A stretch of DNA of 64,000 bases from NCBI GenBank assembly GCA_963842085.1, contig CAWJET010000001.1, forward strand, positions 1,632,001-1,696,000, read 5' to 3'. Below the pieces are notes generated by a model. The model saw nothing but the letters and a program-made list of their open reading frames with translations. It was not told where the DNA came from and did no database searches. This DNA comes from an uncultured delta proteobacterium (GTDB lineage Bacteria > Desulfobacterota > Binatia > Binatales > Binataceae). A program made the position numbers and the translations under genes. Below, piece by piece: positions 17,717-27,751 of this stretch (positions within the stretch are counted from its first letter, which is position 1; each line of letters opens with the position of its first letter).

Positions 17717-18700
17717 ATGGTCGTAGGTGAACCGCCAACAGGGGAAAGTCAATCTCCGCTAACCAAGGACGCCGATACTTCGCCAGCACCGCGGCGCACC
17801 TCCGTCAAGCAAATCGAGGCCAACCGGAGAAACGCGCTTCACTCAACCGGACCGACCACGCCTGAGGGTAAGCGGGCCTCGCGACTCAACGCCCTGACGC
17901 ACGGCTTGCGGGCGAAGAAGGTGATAATTCCCGGGGAGGAAAATCCCGCAGAGCTGGAAGCGTTATTAAGAGAACTCTTTGAGGATTGGAAGCCTGAGGG
18001 TCACACGGAGCGCCACCTGGTCGAGCAAATTGGACTGGCGGAATGGCGGCTGCGGCGGGTGCACCGCGCCGAACTCGGCGAAACTCGAACGCAAATGTCG
18101 AGCACAATGGTGAGCAATGCCAAAGCCGAGATCGATCACGCGTTTAGGCATTTCCCCGAGCGCGTGCCGCAAATCTTGAGAAAAAGCAGCGCAGGGATCC
18201 CTTATCTGCGGGACGCAATCGACGAGGCCGTCTACGAACTCGAAAAGGAGGGTACAGTTTCCGAGGATAGCTGCGACCGGCTCGAGGAAGTATTTGGAGA
18301 CGAACTACAAAGTCCCGCCTCGGCGCTCAGGTTTTGGTTTCTTGGGGAAATCCCGGAGGTGTTAAAGGAGGCTTTGGATAGTGTCGGCGAGCCAACGGCT
18401 ACGGCCGACAAGGGCGATTCCGACACGAAGGAAATTGCACGCAATTACTTGGGGACGATGCTCAAGGATCTGGATCGCCAGGAACGAAAGCTGCGTAAAC
18501 AGGAAAGAATCGCTCTTGAGATCGCCCGACAACGGCTGAGCATTCCCCAAGGCCTCGAACTCGAACGCATCCAGCGCTACGAGACCGCAATTAAGCGCGA
18601 AATGCGCCGTGACATCGATCAACTCGAGCGTCTGCAGCGCCGGCGGATAGGTGAGCCGCTGCCGCCGACCGTGAACGTGAACGTGTCGAAAGACGAATGA
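17717..18700 (+). CDS. Conserved hypothetical protein of the 'ANRRNAxxSTGP-TxEGK' family
   Basis: KQIEANRRNALHSTGPTTPEGKRASRLNALTHGL...WRLRR...LERIQRYE. Confidence 0.85.
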   Translation: MVVGEPPTGESQSPLTKDADTSPAPRRTSVKQIEANRRNALHSTGPTTPEGKRASRLNALTHGLRAKKVIIPGEENPAELEALLRELFEDWKPEGHTERHLVEQIGLAEWRLRRVHRAELGETRTQMSSTMVSNAKAEIDHAFRHFPERVPQILRKSSAGIPYLRDAIDEAVYELEKEGTVSEDSCDRLEEVFGDELQSPASALRFWFLGEIPEVLKEALDSVGEPTATADKGDSDTKEIARNYLGTMLKDLDRQERKLRKQERIALEIARQRLSIPQGLELERIQRYETAIKREMRRDIDQLERLQRRRIGEPLPPTVNVNVSKDE

Positions 18701-19077
18701 GTCTGCGCTCGCACAACCTGCTGGCACACGAGAAATCGAAACCTCCGTCGCATAGGCCGACTGATGGGCGTGCCGAAGAAGGGTTCGGTTGCGCCGAAGA
18801 TAACAGAACGTTGTTTGATTTAGATGCCGACGACGAGCGCAAAGGGCCGGCGAAGAATTCTCTGCTTTTTGCCGAACGAACCCATTTCCAATGCAAATGA
18901 GCGAGCCCTAGCCAAAGTGGCGCAGGATATTGTCGCTATACGAGAAGACAGCCAGCTTGTTTGTGCGCCAACGCGCAGCGGCAAGGGACCGTTGGCAGGC
19001 CGTCCTCCGTTTGAGCGGCCCGAACCTGGCTTGAAACTTTTCTGGCAACCTGCAATCATCTTACTGGCAATCTTACC

Positions 19078-19332
19078 ATGACTCAGACGACGAAATTGTC
19101 TACCAAGGGCCAGGTCGTTCTTCCCAAATCGCTCAGGACGTCCCGTCGATGGAAGCCCGGCACTGAATTCATCATCCAGGACCGGGAGGAGGGCATTTTG
19201 CTCAAGCCGAAAACCGGGGGCGCGTCGCGGACTTGGGAGTCGATCATCGGCTGCCTCTCTTATGCTGGTTCGCGCAAGAGCGTAAGGGAAATGGATGAGG
19301 CGGTGGCGGCTGAGGCACGGTCGCGCAAATGA
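19078..19332 (+). CDS. AbrB/MazE/SpoVT-family antitoxin (VapB)
   Basis: TKLSTKGQVVLPKSLR...GILLKP. Confidence 0.92.
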   Translation: MTQTTKLSTKGQVVLPKSLRTSRRWKPGTEFIIQDREEGILLKPKTGGASRTWESIIGCLSYAGSRKSVREMDEAVAAEARSRK

Positions 19333-19724
19333 TGACGGCGCTCGATACGAATGTGCTTGTCCGCATCATAACCAACGACGATAGAGCTCAGGCGACTCGG
19401 GCCGCGCGGTTTCTGCGTGAGCAGGAGAGAGTTTTTGTCTCAAAGACAGTTCTACTCGAACTGGAGTGGGTTCTACGGAGCGCCTATAAGGTCGGGCCAA
19501 ATGCTATTATTTCCGCATTCCGCGGCGTCCTGAGTGTGTTCAATGTCGAAGTTGAAGACGAAGCGGTAGCGAGGCAAGCCATCGAATGGTACGAGAAGGG
19601 CATGGACTTTGCGGACGCCCTGCACGTCGCTTCCGCCGGTCGCAAGCGAAAGTTCGCTACATTTGACAATCGGTTGCGTCAGAAAGTTCGGCGTCTCGGG
19701 CTGGGTGAATTAGCAGAAATCTGA
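19329..19724 (+). CDS. VapC PIN-domain toxin
   Basis: LDTNVLVR, ELEWVL, DFADALH, TFD; ATGA overlap with the antitoxin. Confidence 0.93.
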   Translation: MMTALDTNVLVRIITNDDRAQATRAARFLREQERVFVSKTVLLELEWVLRSAYKVGPNAIISAFRGVLSVFNVEVEDEAVARQAIEWYEKGMDFADALHVASAGRKRKFATFDNRLRQKVRRLGLGELAEI

Positions 19725-20156
19725 GTAAAAACAAGCTGCGGAATCGGTCAGCCAGAAATAAGGAGGAAGGCAATCAGCCGGCCGACCGAAATTCACAAAA
19801 CAAAGCCATTTGGGGTGCAGACCGCAGCCCCTCCCGAGCTCGCCAGCCTATGTGCAGCACGTCTCGCTCGATCGCACCATGGGCCCTACTGTTCCGGCAG
19901 CGGATCCGGATGGTCTTGCCGGGGGCTCAAGGGTTGCTTGGCGACCAATCAGTTGCAAGGCCAAGGCCACTGGTCTCACTCCTTTGATAGGACGTCATTG
20001 ATCGCGTACCGCCTTCTCCGCCTCTTCCGACTGCGCATCGATTCTCGATCCCATCTCACCGCTCCTTCCGCAGTTAAAGATGAGCCAAAAACACTCTCTT
20101 CCTCAATCGCCTCGAACTGTCCAACTTGTGCTGACGGGGAACAACTCGCCCCTTGC

Positions 20157-20414
20157 TCAGCTCTTCTGTGGCCGACCTTTGCTGTCGGATTGGTGTGCCA
20201 GTGTCGTTCGCAGGGTTTTCTCGTTGACCCTCCAAGTAATTCCAATCTTGAAGCCCGGAATGTCTCCGCGCCTGATGAGCCGGTAGACCGTATTGCGATG
20301 CAGACGCAAGATTTGGGCGACCTCGCTGATCGTGAGGAACGTCTCGAAACCGTGCGTGTGCACTCTTGCCTTGTCCGGGATCCGAGTCCGAACTTCACGG
20401 ATTTGCTTGTTCAT
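20157..20414 (-). CDS. Excisionase-family HTH_17 protein
   Basis: FLTISEVAQILRLHRNTVYRLIRRGDIPGFKIGITWRV. Confidence 0.88.
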   Translation of the reverse strand: MNKQIREVRTRIPDKARVHTHGFETFLTISEVAQILRLHRNTVYRLIRRGDIPGFKIGITWRVNEKTLRTTLAHQSDSKGRPQKS

Positions 20415-20940
20415 TCGGGCACGCGTACAGCCGTTACCCTTTTACTCTTCCATCTTGGCAGCGATGTGCGCTCTGACTCGGCGTGACTTGGTGAATTTGA
20501 CCGGCAATGCTCGCTCAGATACTGCAAAATATCGTGGGTGGCTGGCATACCGCACCGAAAATTAAGAGCCTGCGGCTACCAAAAGAGCTTCGAACGTGCC
20601 TGAACGGAGATAGATTTCGGATAACTAGGCCTAGGACCATCAATTGAGAAACACCTCGGAGCGCAGTGACGGTGCCCGCCAGAGCGTCGGATGGGCCGAT
20701 CCACGGCGCCGTGCCCCAGCGAGGTCTGCCCGGTGTCCGCAGATTCAACAGACGGGGGACTCGACAAATCATTTGACAAGAGTAGGATATGTGCTTGGCG
20801 CTTGAGGGGTTGTGGAGGCGGGTGATGCGGTGGAAGCGCCATCTCACCGCTAACCGCAAAATTTGGCTCGGTCTCGGCGAGAGGGCATCGCTAATAACTA
20901 GCGTAGTCTTCCGGCCGCTTGACCGCTTGGAGGGAAAGCG

Positions 20941-21399
20941 ATGAAAAGCGATCTGCAAGAGAATGAAGGTACGATTGATTGCAAGTCCGAACTCACTCGG
21001 CCACCGGCAGCCGCCGGGTCCTCATCGGTCCGGACTGGCTCTTGTCTCGGCAAGGGGTCCGAAATCATAGGGACGGTAGTCTTCGAAGGCCCGGTTGTCA
21101 TTGACGGCAAAGTGGAAGGAGAGATCGAGGGACCGGACAACATCACCGTGGGTAAGAACGGGTCCGTAATTACTACCAGGCTCACCGCCGACTCGATCGT
21201 CATCGGAGGGTCGGTGAAGGTCAAATCGATAGCGAGTAGACGCATCGAAATTCTTCCGACCGGAAAAGTTTGGGGCGACCTAGCCTCACCTTCGTTGCTC
21301 ATCCATGAAGGCGCCGAATTCGTAGGGAAAGCCTTTGCGCGAGAAGCGCAGCGAGAGCCAAACGGCTCGGGGAGACGGACCAGGGAGTCGCGCGGATAA
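20941..21399 (+). CDS. Bactofilin (polymer-forming cytoskeletal protein)
   Basis: LGKGSEIIGTVVFEGPVVIDGKVEGEI...GKVWGDL...IHEGAEFVG. Confidence 0.9.
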   Translation: MKSDLQENEGTIDCKSELTRPPAAAGSSSVRTGSCLGKGSEIIGTVVFEGPVVIDGKVEGEIEGPDNITVGKNGSVITTRLTADSIVIGGSVKVKSIASRRIEILPTGKVWGDLASPSLLIHEGAEFVGKAFAREAQREPNGSGRRTRESRG

Positions 21400-21672
21400 A
21401 AGGGGCGGCGCGCTGCGACCGCGGCGCCGCGCCGCCGGGCAGCGATCAAGGTCGTTTCAAGAAGCCATGCGCTCTGCGACGATCTCATCGCGCGTCGCAG
21501 TAGGGAGTGTGTCGGAAATTTTGTGTTCGAGCCATACGGCCGCCTCCGATTTAAGGTCAGATTCACTCCAATTTCAGCATTACAGGTGAGGACGCACGTA
21601 GGTGCATTAGAAATCTGAAACAAACGCACTGGCCGCTCGGGGGGGTGCGCATCACGATATCGGAGGTTCCCG

Positions 21673-21915
21673 ATGAATCTGATTCACGACGGAGATGGTG
21701 AGCTGGTGAAACGGACCGCGACAAGCCAAACCGAACTCAGCAGTCTTCTTACCATCCAAGAGGTCGCCGAAGTGTTGCGCACGCACCCTACGACAATCTA
21801 TCGCTTGATCAGGCGCGGCGAGCTTCCGGGGTTCAAGATCGGCGGCAACTGGAGGATTAACCGAGCGTCCCTTGATTCATGGCTGTCGGCACCACGCCAC
21901 ACCCGCAACATCTGA
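21673..21915 (+). CDS. Excisionase-family HTH_17 protein
   Basis: LLTIQEVAEVLRTHPTTIYRLIRRGELPGFKIGGNWRI; GGAGG RBS. Confidence 0.9.
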   Translation: MNLIHDGDGELVKRTATSQTELSSLLTIQEVAEVLRTHPTTIYRLIRRGELPGFKIGGNWRINRASLDSWLSAPRHTRNI

Positions 21916-22008
21916 CCTCAAAAGCTTGAGTCGCAAGAGCGATTCTTCGAACCAGAACTTCCCGCTTGACCGCAACGACCCTCCCGTGAAACCACGGAGC
22001 TCAATTCT

Positions 22009-22773
22009 CTATTTTGGCCAGCTGGCCTCAGCTGGCCAGTTCCGTCGCGCCACATTCCAATCGTGACCAGCCGCCGCGACGGCCGCGGCGTAGCGCGAAT
22101 CAATGTTGAGGTTCTCGATCTTCCAGTTCGACCTGTCTGAGGAGTTCTCGGTTCCAACCAGAGTCGCCGTTTCGCCCTGAATCAACGACACATCAAACGA
22201 ATCCAGCGAGATTGAAAGTCCCATTCCTCGCGCCTTGATATACGCCTCTTTACGTGCCCAGCAGCCAAAGAATCCTGCGAGTCTCAGCGGTTGCGGCATG
22301 GCTTCCAGTGCCGCGATCTCGTTAACCGAGAAGAACCTTTTCGCCACCTCCTCGGAAGGCACGGAGTTGTCGATCAACTCGACATCCACCCCAACGTCAC
22401 GATCGATTGCGACTGCAATCAGTATTACTTCGTTGGAATGAGACAGGTTGAAACTCAAGTTACGAACTTCCCTTGAATCCGCCAGACGCGGTTTGCCGAA
22501 TTTGTTGTAGAGAAACCGCAGAGCAGAGGGCCTTGTCTCGAGATAGCTGGCCAGGACAGCGCGCAGAATTCCGCGTCGGCCGACAAAATTCTTCCGATCG
22601 CGTTCAAAATGAAATCTCCCCGCGCGCGCGATCTCATCCGCGGAGAGCGTGCGCTCCAGTTCGCCTAGTCGTTGCGATCCAATCTCCGTGCTGGCTAGCC
22701 AGACGTGGAGCTCGTCGCGATTTAATTTGACTTTCGTACCCATCTGGCCCAAACGGTTTTCAACCGCGCGCAT
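22009..22773 (-). CDS. Sfp/HetI-type 4'-phosphopantetheinyl transferase
   Basis: GKP, FNLSHS, VGVDVE, WARKEAYIKARGMG. Confidence 0.93.
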   Translation of the reverse strand: MRAVENRLGQMGTKVKLNRDELHVWLASTEIGSQRLGELERTLSADEIARAGRFHFERDRKNFVGRRGILRAVLASYLETRPSALRFLYNKFGKPRLADSREVRNLSFNLSHSNEVILIAVAIDRDVGVDVELIDNSVPSEEVAKRFFSVNEIAALEAMPQPLRLAGFFGCWARKEAYIKARGMGLSISLDSFDVSLIQGETATLVGTENSSDRSNWKIENLNIDSRYAAAVAAAGHDWNVARRNWPAEASWPK

Positions 22774-23147
22774 TTGGCGTTGACGCGGCTTAGTAGAGCA
22801 AGTTCAGCGGCACCAATGCCAGCCGGCCGCCACCACTGTTGCAACAAACACTCATTGGTCCGGTGGCTTCACACGCTGATCGCGACGTCGCTCGCTGGCG
22901 CGCTCTTCATTTTCGCGATAGCCGGCGACAACGACGCTACCTGGCGCTTTGCGAGGGCACCGCTCGCGTCAGCGTGGCACTGGGGCGAGTGACTGGGCTG
23001 CGGCCGCGCAAACCACAGCGCCCATGCCCGAAGCACGGCACTCACGTCGATCATCTGCTCGAGCGCGATGATTGCCGGAGCGTCCTCGGGGCCGAGGTCC
23101 CGCTGAAGCTCGGTTGATCGCTTGATTTCGACGACGAGATGTGGCGG

Positions 23148-23543
23148 CTAGTCGGCGACGTTGCGAAACAGCGACCGATTCCAAGTCGACCCCGGCAACG
23201 GCACGACGTAGTTGCCCGGATTCGCCTGAATCTCTTCACGCGCCGACGGATATCTGTCGAGAAACTGTTGTAGCGCCGGATGCTTCTCGACATACGCCGG
23301 CCGGGCCACCAGCCCGGGAGAGATCGCGATTTGATCGGCGATTGCAGGATCGGCGTGTTGCGCTGCGTCGAACGCACTCAGCTCATCGAGGTTCAGGTTT
23401 GCAGTGCCCGGCTCAAACTCGATCGTGATTTCGGGCTTGCCGCCGCTGGCGGGAATGACGATCGTGCCTTGCGCCGCGAGGGCTGCGGAAGCGAGCGTGA
23501 CGCCGATCGCGGCAGTAACGAGCGCGCAGGCAATTGCCTTCAT
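23148..23543 (-). CDS. Exported hypothetical protein
   Basis: GGAGG RBS, signal peptide MKAIACALVTAAIGVTLASAALA, HPALQQFLDRYP. Confidence 0.75.
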   Translation of the reverse strand: MKAIACALVTAAIGVTLASAALAAQGTIVIPASGGKPEITIEFEPGTANLNLDELSAFDAAQHADPAIADQIAISPGLVARPAYVEKHPALQQFLDRYPSAREEIQANPGNYVVPLPGSTWNRSLFRNVAD

Positions 23544-24521
23544 TACGGACCCTCCATAACAGTTGAACGGACACGCGCGAGTCGACCCGCGGTATACAGG
23601 AATGCCGTTAACCCAGGACGCGGATTTCGACTCGCAGCGCCGGATGGACGATACCGGCACCGGAGGTGAAGCGCCAGCGGCGGCCTCTTAAAACTTGCTC
23701 CGCGCGTATCGCCCGGAGGTTACCCATCCTCCGCGCGCACTAGGCCTGCGGAAACAGCAACCTCGATTCACGCCTCACGATGGCCGACGCCGTATGCCAG
23801 GCACTCCTGCCGTGGGCAAACGAAGAGCCTAGACGCTCAACCATGCTCTGCGCGTTCCAGCGCGGTTTCACGGACTTCCGCTTTCCTCTTTGATAATTCG
23901 GCTGCGTCTGGGCTGTGGATTCATTCAAGCCATGTGATTCCCCAAGCAAGCGTGCGCGCAGGAAGGCTTCGAACGTACCGGCGCCACGGATCTGCGCGTT
24001 AAACAGGTAAGCATGCGCGTGGGTCTCGATAACCTCCTCATGCAGACCGAGAAGGGGATCGTCGCTGTTCCACAGCCTCTCGCGATGGTTGGTCGGGGTC
24101 TGTTTTGCTCTGGCGTGTTGGCTTCGCTGCTTGCTCTTCGCTTTTCTCTCCGGGACGATTTGATCGTCGCCCAGGACGAACGGTTGGCTCGCTTCACAAT
24201 TCTGCATCAAGGAACCCTCCCATCTGCTACCTGCCGGGCGGTAGCCACCCTCAGCGTGCAGCAAGACGCGTACCATTTTTCGTCGTCGGTTTCGGCATTC
24301 GCGGATTGAACCAAATACACAATGAAAAGCGGGAGTTTCCGGCCAGTCAGCGCTTCCTCAAACCATTTCCGGCGCAAGCAACGCTGATTCGACATTTGTC
24401 CGATCAGCCGCCTACATGATGCGGCTCCGCAACGTTTTGATGAACGTCTGCATCACGAACGAGCTCACCTGTGTGTAAATGAGATCCGGCCGCACGGACA
24501 GAAATCAAAGGAGCTCAGCGG

Positions 24522-24760
24522 TCACTGGCAAAACGCATGACCCATTTGTGCAGCGTCTTCTCGCACACGTCCAAGGCCGCGGCCACTGCCACCGCCGTTT
24601 CGCCCGCTGAAACTCGCCTGGCCAGCTCTGCTCGACCATGCGGGCGTGGCGCGCGCATTCTTATGAATGTCCATGCGGGGTGACCTCCTGCGTAGGTGTT
24701 GAGTTCGCACCCTTCACCTTCCAGTGTCGTACCGGAAGGACAGCCTATTGAGACATCACA
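24522..24760 (-). mobile_element. IS481-family left end with N-terminal transposase fragment
   Basis: TGT end (TGTGATGTCTCAATAG), AGGAGG RBS, MDIHKNARATP, then frameshifted. Confidence 0.75.
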
Positions 24761-24897
24761 CCCAAAGAGGTAAGGCCAACTCCTCGCCCGAATTAAGACA
24801 GCACCAGTTACATTTGCACGGGTTAATGGCCAAGCCTAAGCTCAAACCTTGGAGCGGCGCGGATCATTGGCCAATTGCGCCCAGAGGAGTTTTTGCG

Positions 24898-25368
24898 ATG
24901 GCGCTGTTCACGAAAGAGCCTGAAAAGAATCCGAAAATCCAACCCACCACGACGCCGCAAGGGCCGCCCGAGGGAAGGGCGTATCTCGATCGAGGATCGA
25001 GAATCACCGGCAAAATCTGCTTCGAGGGTCCCGCGAGAATCGACGGTGAGGTCGACGGCGAGATCAATGCCAAGGACAGCCTCACGATTGGCGAGTCCGC
25101 CGTGGTTACCGCCCAGATTCGCGGCGCTTCCGTGTCCGTCGCGGGTAAGGTCAGCGGTGATATCGTTGCGAGCCAGCGAATCGAAATCCGTCCTTCGGCG
25201 AAGTTGAACGGAAATATCACAGCTCCCTTGCTTTCGGTTCACGAAGGCGCGCTGTTCGAGGGACATTGCTCAATACATCCCGAGGGCATCCGCGAAGACC
25301 GCAAAGTAACCATATTGCCCAAGGAGGAGCGCGCGGCGCAGGCCGCCGGAGGACAGAAGCAGGCCTGA
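24898..25368 (+). CDS. Bactofilin
   Basis: YLDRGSRITGKICFEGPARIDGEVDGEI...VHEGALFEGHC; AGGAG RBS. Confidence 0.92.
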   Translation: MALFTKEPEKNPKIQPTTTPQGPPEGRAYLDRGSRITGKICFEGPARIDGEVDGEINAKDSLTIGESAVVTAQIRGASVSVAGKVSGDIVASQRIEIRPSAKLNGNITAPLLSVHEGALFEGHCSIHPEGIREDRKVTILPKEERAAQAAGGQKQA

Positions 25369-25384
25369 ATTGCTCCGCCCCGGT

Positions 25385-25780
25385 TCAGAGAGGCCCTCGC
25401 CGCCCGGCACTTTGGTAGTTGAGGGGCAGGCTATGGCGATCCGGGTCGTACCGCTCGCCCGAGAGCCACACGACGATTGGGCCGTCGCGCTCCTCGAGCT
25501 CGGCATCGCGCCAGACAAAACCGCTGCGGAACACGTTCAGCGCGGCAGCCAGCAGATCGTGCATCATCTCGACGTCGGTGTCGTCGACGATTTCGATCTC
25601 CTGCCGGTCCGCGGCCTTGACGTTGTCCGGCTGGACCATGATTCGCGACAGTGCGGTGGTGGCGCGGGCTAACAGCGCGTTGCGGTTGTCCGCTTCGATC
25701 TCGATCGCGAGTACTTTGCCGCGTTCGACCTTGTACAGTCCTCCTTCATCGGCCATCTTCATCTCCTCTGATCTTTTCAT
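25385..25780 (-). CDS. Archease-like protein, C-terminus apparently degenerate
   Basis: LAIEIEADNRNALLARATTAL...GERYDPDRH; lacks the KAVTYH motif. Confidence 0.6.
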   Translation of the reverse strand: MKRSEEMKMADEGGLYKVERGKVLAIEIEADNRNALLARATTALSRIMVQPDNVKAADRQEIEIVDDTDVEMMHDLLAAALNVFRSGFVWRDAELEERDGPIVVWLSGERYDPDRHSLPLNYQSAGRRGPL

Positions 25781-26085
25781 ATGTGCCCGGGCTCGCGCTC
25801 GCGCCGGCTATCGCGTTCGAGCTGCACGGTCATTTGACGGATGTTGAACTTGCGCACGTGCGAGATGTTCGCCAGCACGCGATCGTGATCGGCGTCTATC
25901 CTTTATCACCGGTGCGCCGCGAGCGCGAATTGCTGCGAGGAGAGGTCACCACACGCGCAAGTCGTGGACCTCTTCGGTGCCTTCCACCGCGAGCAGGTCG
26001 CTGCGCCACTGCTCGAGGTCGATGCGGCGGGAACCGACTCCATCATGACCTCGGCACCCTCGCACATCAGACCCACGTAACCCGG
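25777..26085 (-). pseudogene. Cation diffusion facilitator (CzcD/ZitB) C-terminal remnant
   Basis: Frameshifted VMMESVP...EGTEEVHDLRVW..LSSQQFALAAH...FNIRQMTVQLE. Confidence 0.7.
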
Positions 26086-26368
26086 ACAATCACCTCTGTC
26101 GTCGCACTCGCAGTCGAAGCTGCCGATATCCGACTTGAAGTCGCACCGATGCTAGGCGTTATGCAAAAGTAGAGTTCGATCCAGATCAAAGAGATGTCGA
26201 GCATATCGATGACGACAAAGCTCCAAGACCCTGATAGACTTGTCTTGAGTCGCTGTTTGGCCGCGCGGGTTTCGAGTGAAATGAACTGGCGCGAAACCGC
26301 GGCGAATCTTTAGCGTATCTAGGACTAGCGCTCATCATCATTACTGCTCGACAAGGAGCAAGAAGTAC

Positions 26369-26737
26369 GTGCCCGAAGAATCAACCAGTACCATGGGTCA
26401 GAGTGACGACGCGCTGGCGCGGCTCGAGCGACGCATCGAAAGCCTCGAGTTCGCGACGCAGCGGGAAAATCGATGGTGGCGAGGTGGCTTGATTGCGGCG
26501 CTCGTGCTGGTGGCGCTATCGATTTTGATAGCCGGCCATCACCGACATCATTACCCGCCGTGGATGATGGGAACGCGAGGCGGAGGAGGGGCGCGCATGA
26601 TGCCCTATGGCCCACCTCCGCCGCCTTACTGGGGTTATGGTCCCGGCAGCGGCTACTACGGACCCTCTGAGGGTTGGCGCTATCGCCAATGGAATGGCCC
26701 AGGCCCCGCGACTCAGCCGCCTCCGCCCAAGGGCTGA
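26369..26737 (+). CDS. Small single-TM protein with a Pro/Gly/Tyr-rich tail
   Basis: Coiled-coil N-terminus, TM segment GGLIAALVLVALSILIAG, low-complexity C-terminus. Confidence 0.7.
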   Translation: MPEESTSTMGQSDDALARLERRIESLEFATQRENRWWRGGLIAALVLVALSILIAGHHRHHYPPWMMGTRGGGGARMMPYGPPPPPYWGYGPGSGYYGPSEGWRYRQWNGPGPATQPPPPKG

Positions 26738-26933
26738 TTTACAAGGACCCCGGCCTCTCGACGCCCCGGTTCTTGCGCGCTTCGGCTTGACCTTTGATGC
26801 GCCGTCGGGCGGCCGCGGCGCCTGGCCGCTCATGGAAAGCGCGGTTCCAGCCGCCGCGACGTTCCTAGTCCACCGCATGAAGCTCCGGCATCACCGCTTT
26901 CACCGTCGCGGGCGACTCAAGACGTAACAAACA

Positions 26934-27146
26934 TTAGATCATGATCGTGCTGCACTTCGTTAGCGGTATACGTGACACGGCGGCTTCATAGGAATACGAC
27001 CCCTTGATGGAGCGGCGCCGGAAAACTCGCACGTTCTTCGAAGAATCTTCCGGCGGTTGCGGACATCGTTGTCGCTGCTTTCCTCTTACGCGGAGAAGAG
27101 CGGGCGGCGCCAGCACCTCCTTGAGCGACTTGAAGGCGTCGAGCAA
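26934..27146 (-). pseudogene. Truncated paralog of the 27752-28732 protein
   Basis: LDAFKSLK versus LLGAFDSLK; follows the second repeat-helix gene. Confidence 0.4.
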
Positions 27147-27656
27147 CTACCGGGGTAAACCTTGTGGCCTTCGCTCGAAGCTCTGCGCCAGCGCCGAGAA
27201 TTCCTGGCGAAGGGTCTTGGCCGGTTCAAATTGGACGGCGAGACGCACAAGTTTATCCTGAAGCGTAGCCGCGGGCTCGAGCGCTGCGACAAGTTGGCTC
27301 AAACTCTCGCAGAATGCCGCGCAAAAGTGATCGAGCTCCTGCTCTAACGCCTGCAGGGGCGTGAATTGCTTCAGGACCTGTTGAAGCCGGTCCCGGAAAT
27401 TATGCATCGGCTCGAGCACTTTGGCCAGCTTCTCGATCCGCATCTCGAACTCACGGAGAGGCTCAAACACTTTTGCCAGCTCGGCCAGCTGGTGCATAGG
27501 TCCCGCAACATATGCGATCTGAGCGAGCCGTTCTTGCAGTGGCCTGACCTGCTCAAAAACCGTCGACACCGCGAGATGGGGTTGAAACGGCTCGGAACGC
27601 CCCCCCGTCGGTGAGTCTGCGCCGCGGAGAATTGCATCCAAGTCAAACAGTATCAT
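27147..27656 (-). CDS. Amphipathic 17-aa-repeat helical protein, copy 2
   Basis: AGGAG RBS; repeats of the form xFEP/LEP...LAx; paralog of 28735-29211. Confidence 0.8.
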   Translation of the reverse strand: MILFDLDAILRGADSPTGGRSEPFQPHLAVSTVFEQVRPLQERLAQIAYVAGPMHQLAELAKVFEPLREFEMRIEKLAKVLEPMHNFRDRLQQVLKQFTPLQALEQELDHFCAAFCESLSQLVAALEPAATLQDKLVRLAVQFEPAKTLRQEFSALAQSFERRPQGLPR

Positions 27657-27751
27657 CGTGTTCTCCTAGGTCAGAACGTGATGGCTGTCGATACTATTCC
27701 CGGACTAGGAGATTCGAGCGCAGGGTTGGTCGGGCGAGCAGCAACTGCCGA

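Noticed and set aside
22774-23120. Cytochrome b-like peptide HSLVRWLHTLIA
   Set aside because: Too short and fragmented to assign.
24236-24248. GGCGGTAG ops-like word
   Set aside because: Lacks the downstream TG, is on the opposite strand to the NusG paralog's unit, and is not in an operon leader.
23740-24420. Several overlapping ORFs
   Set aside because: No motif or RBS support; probably degraded DNA.
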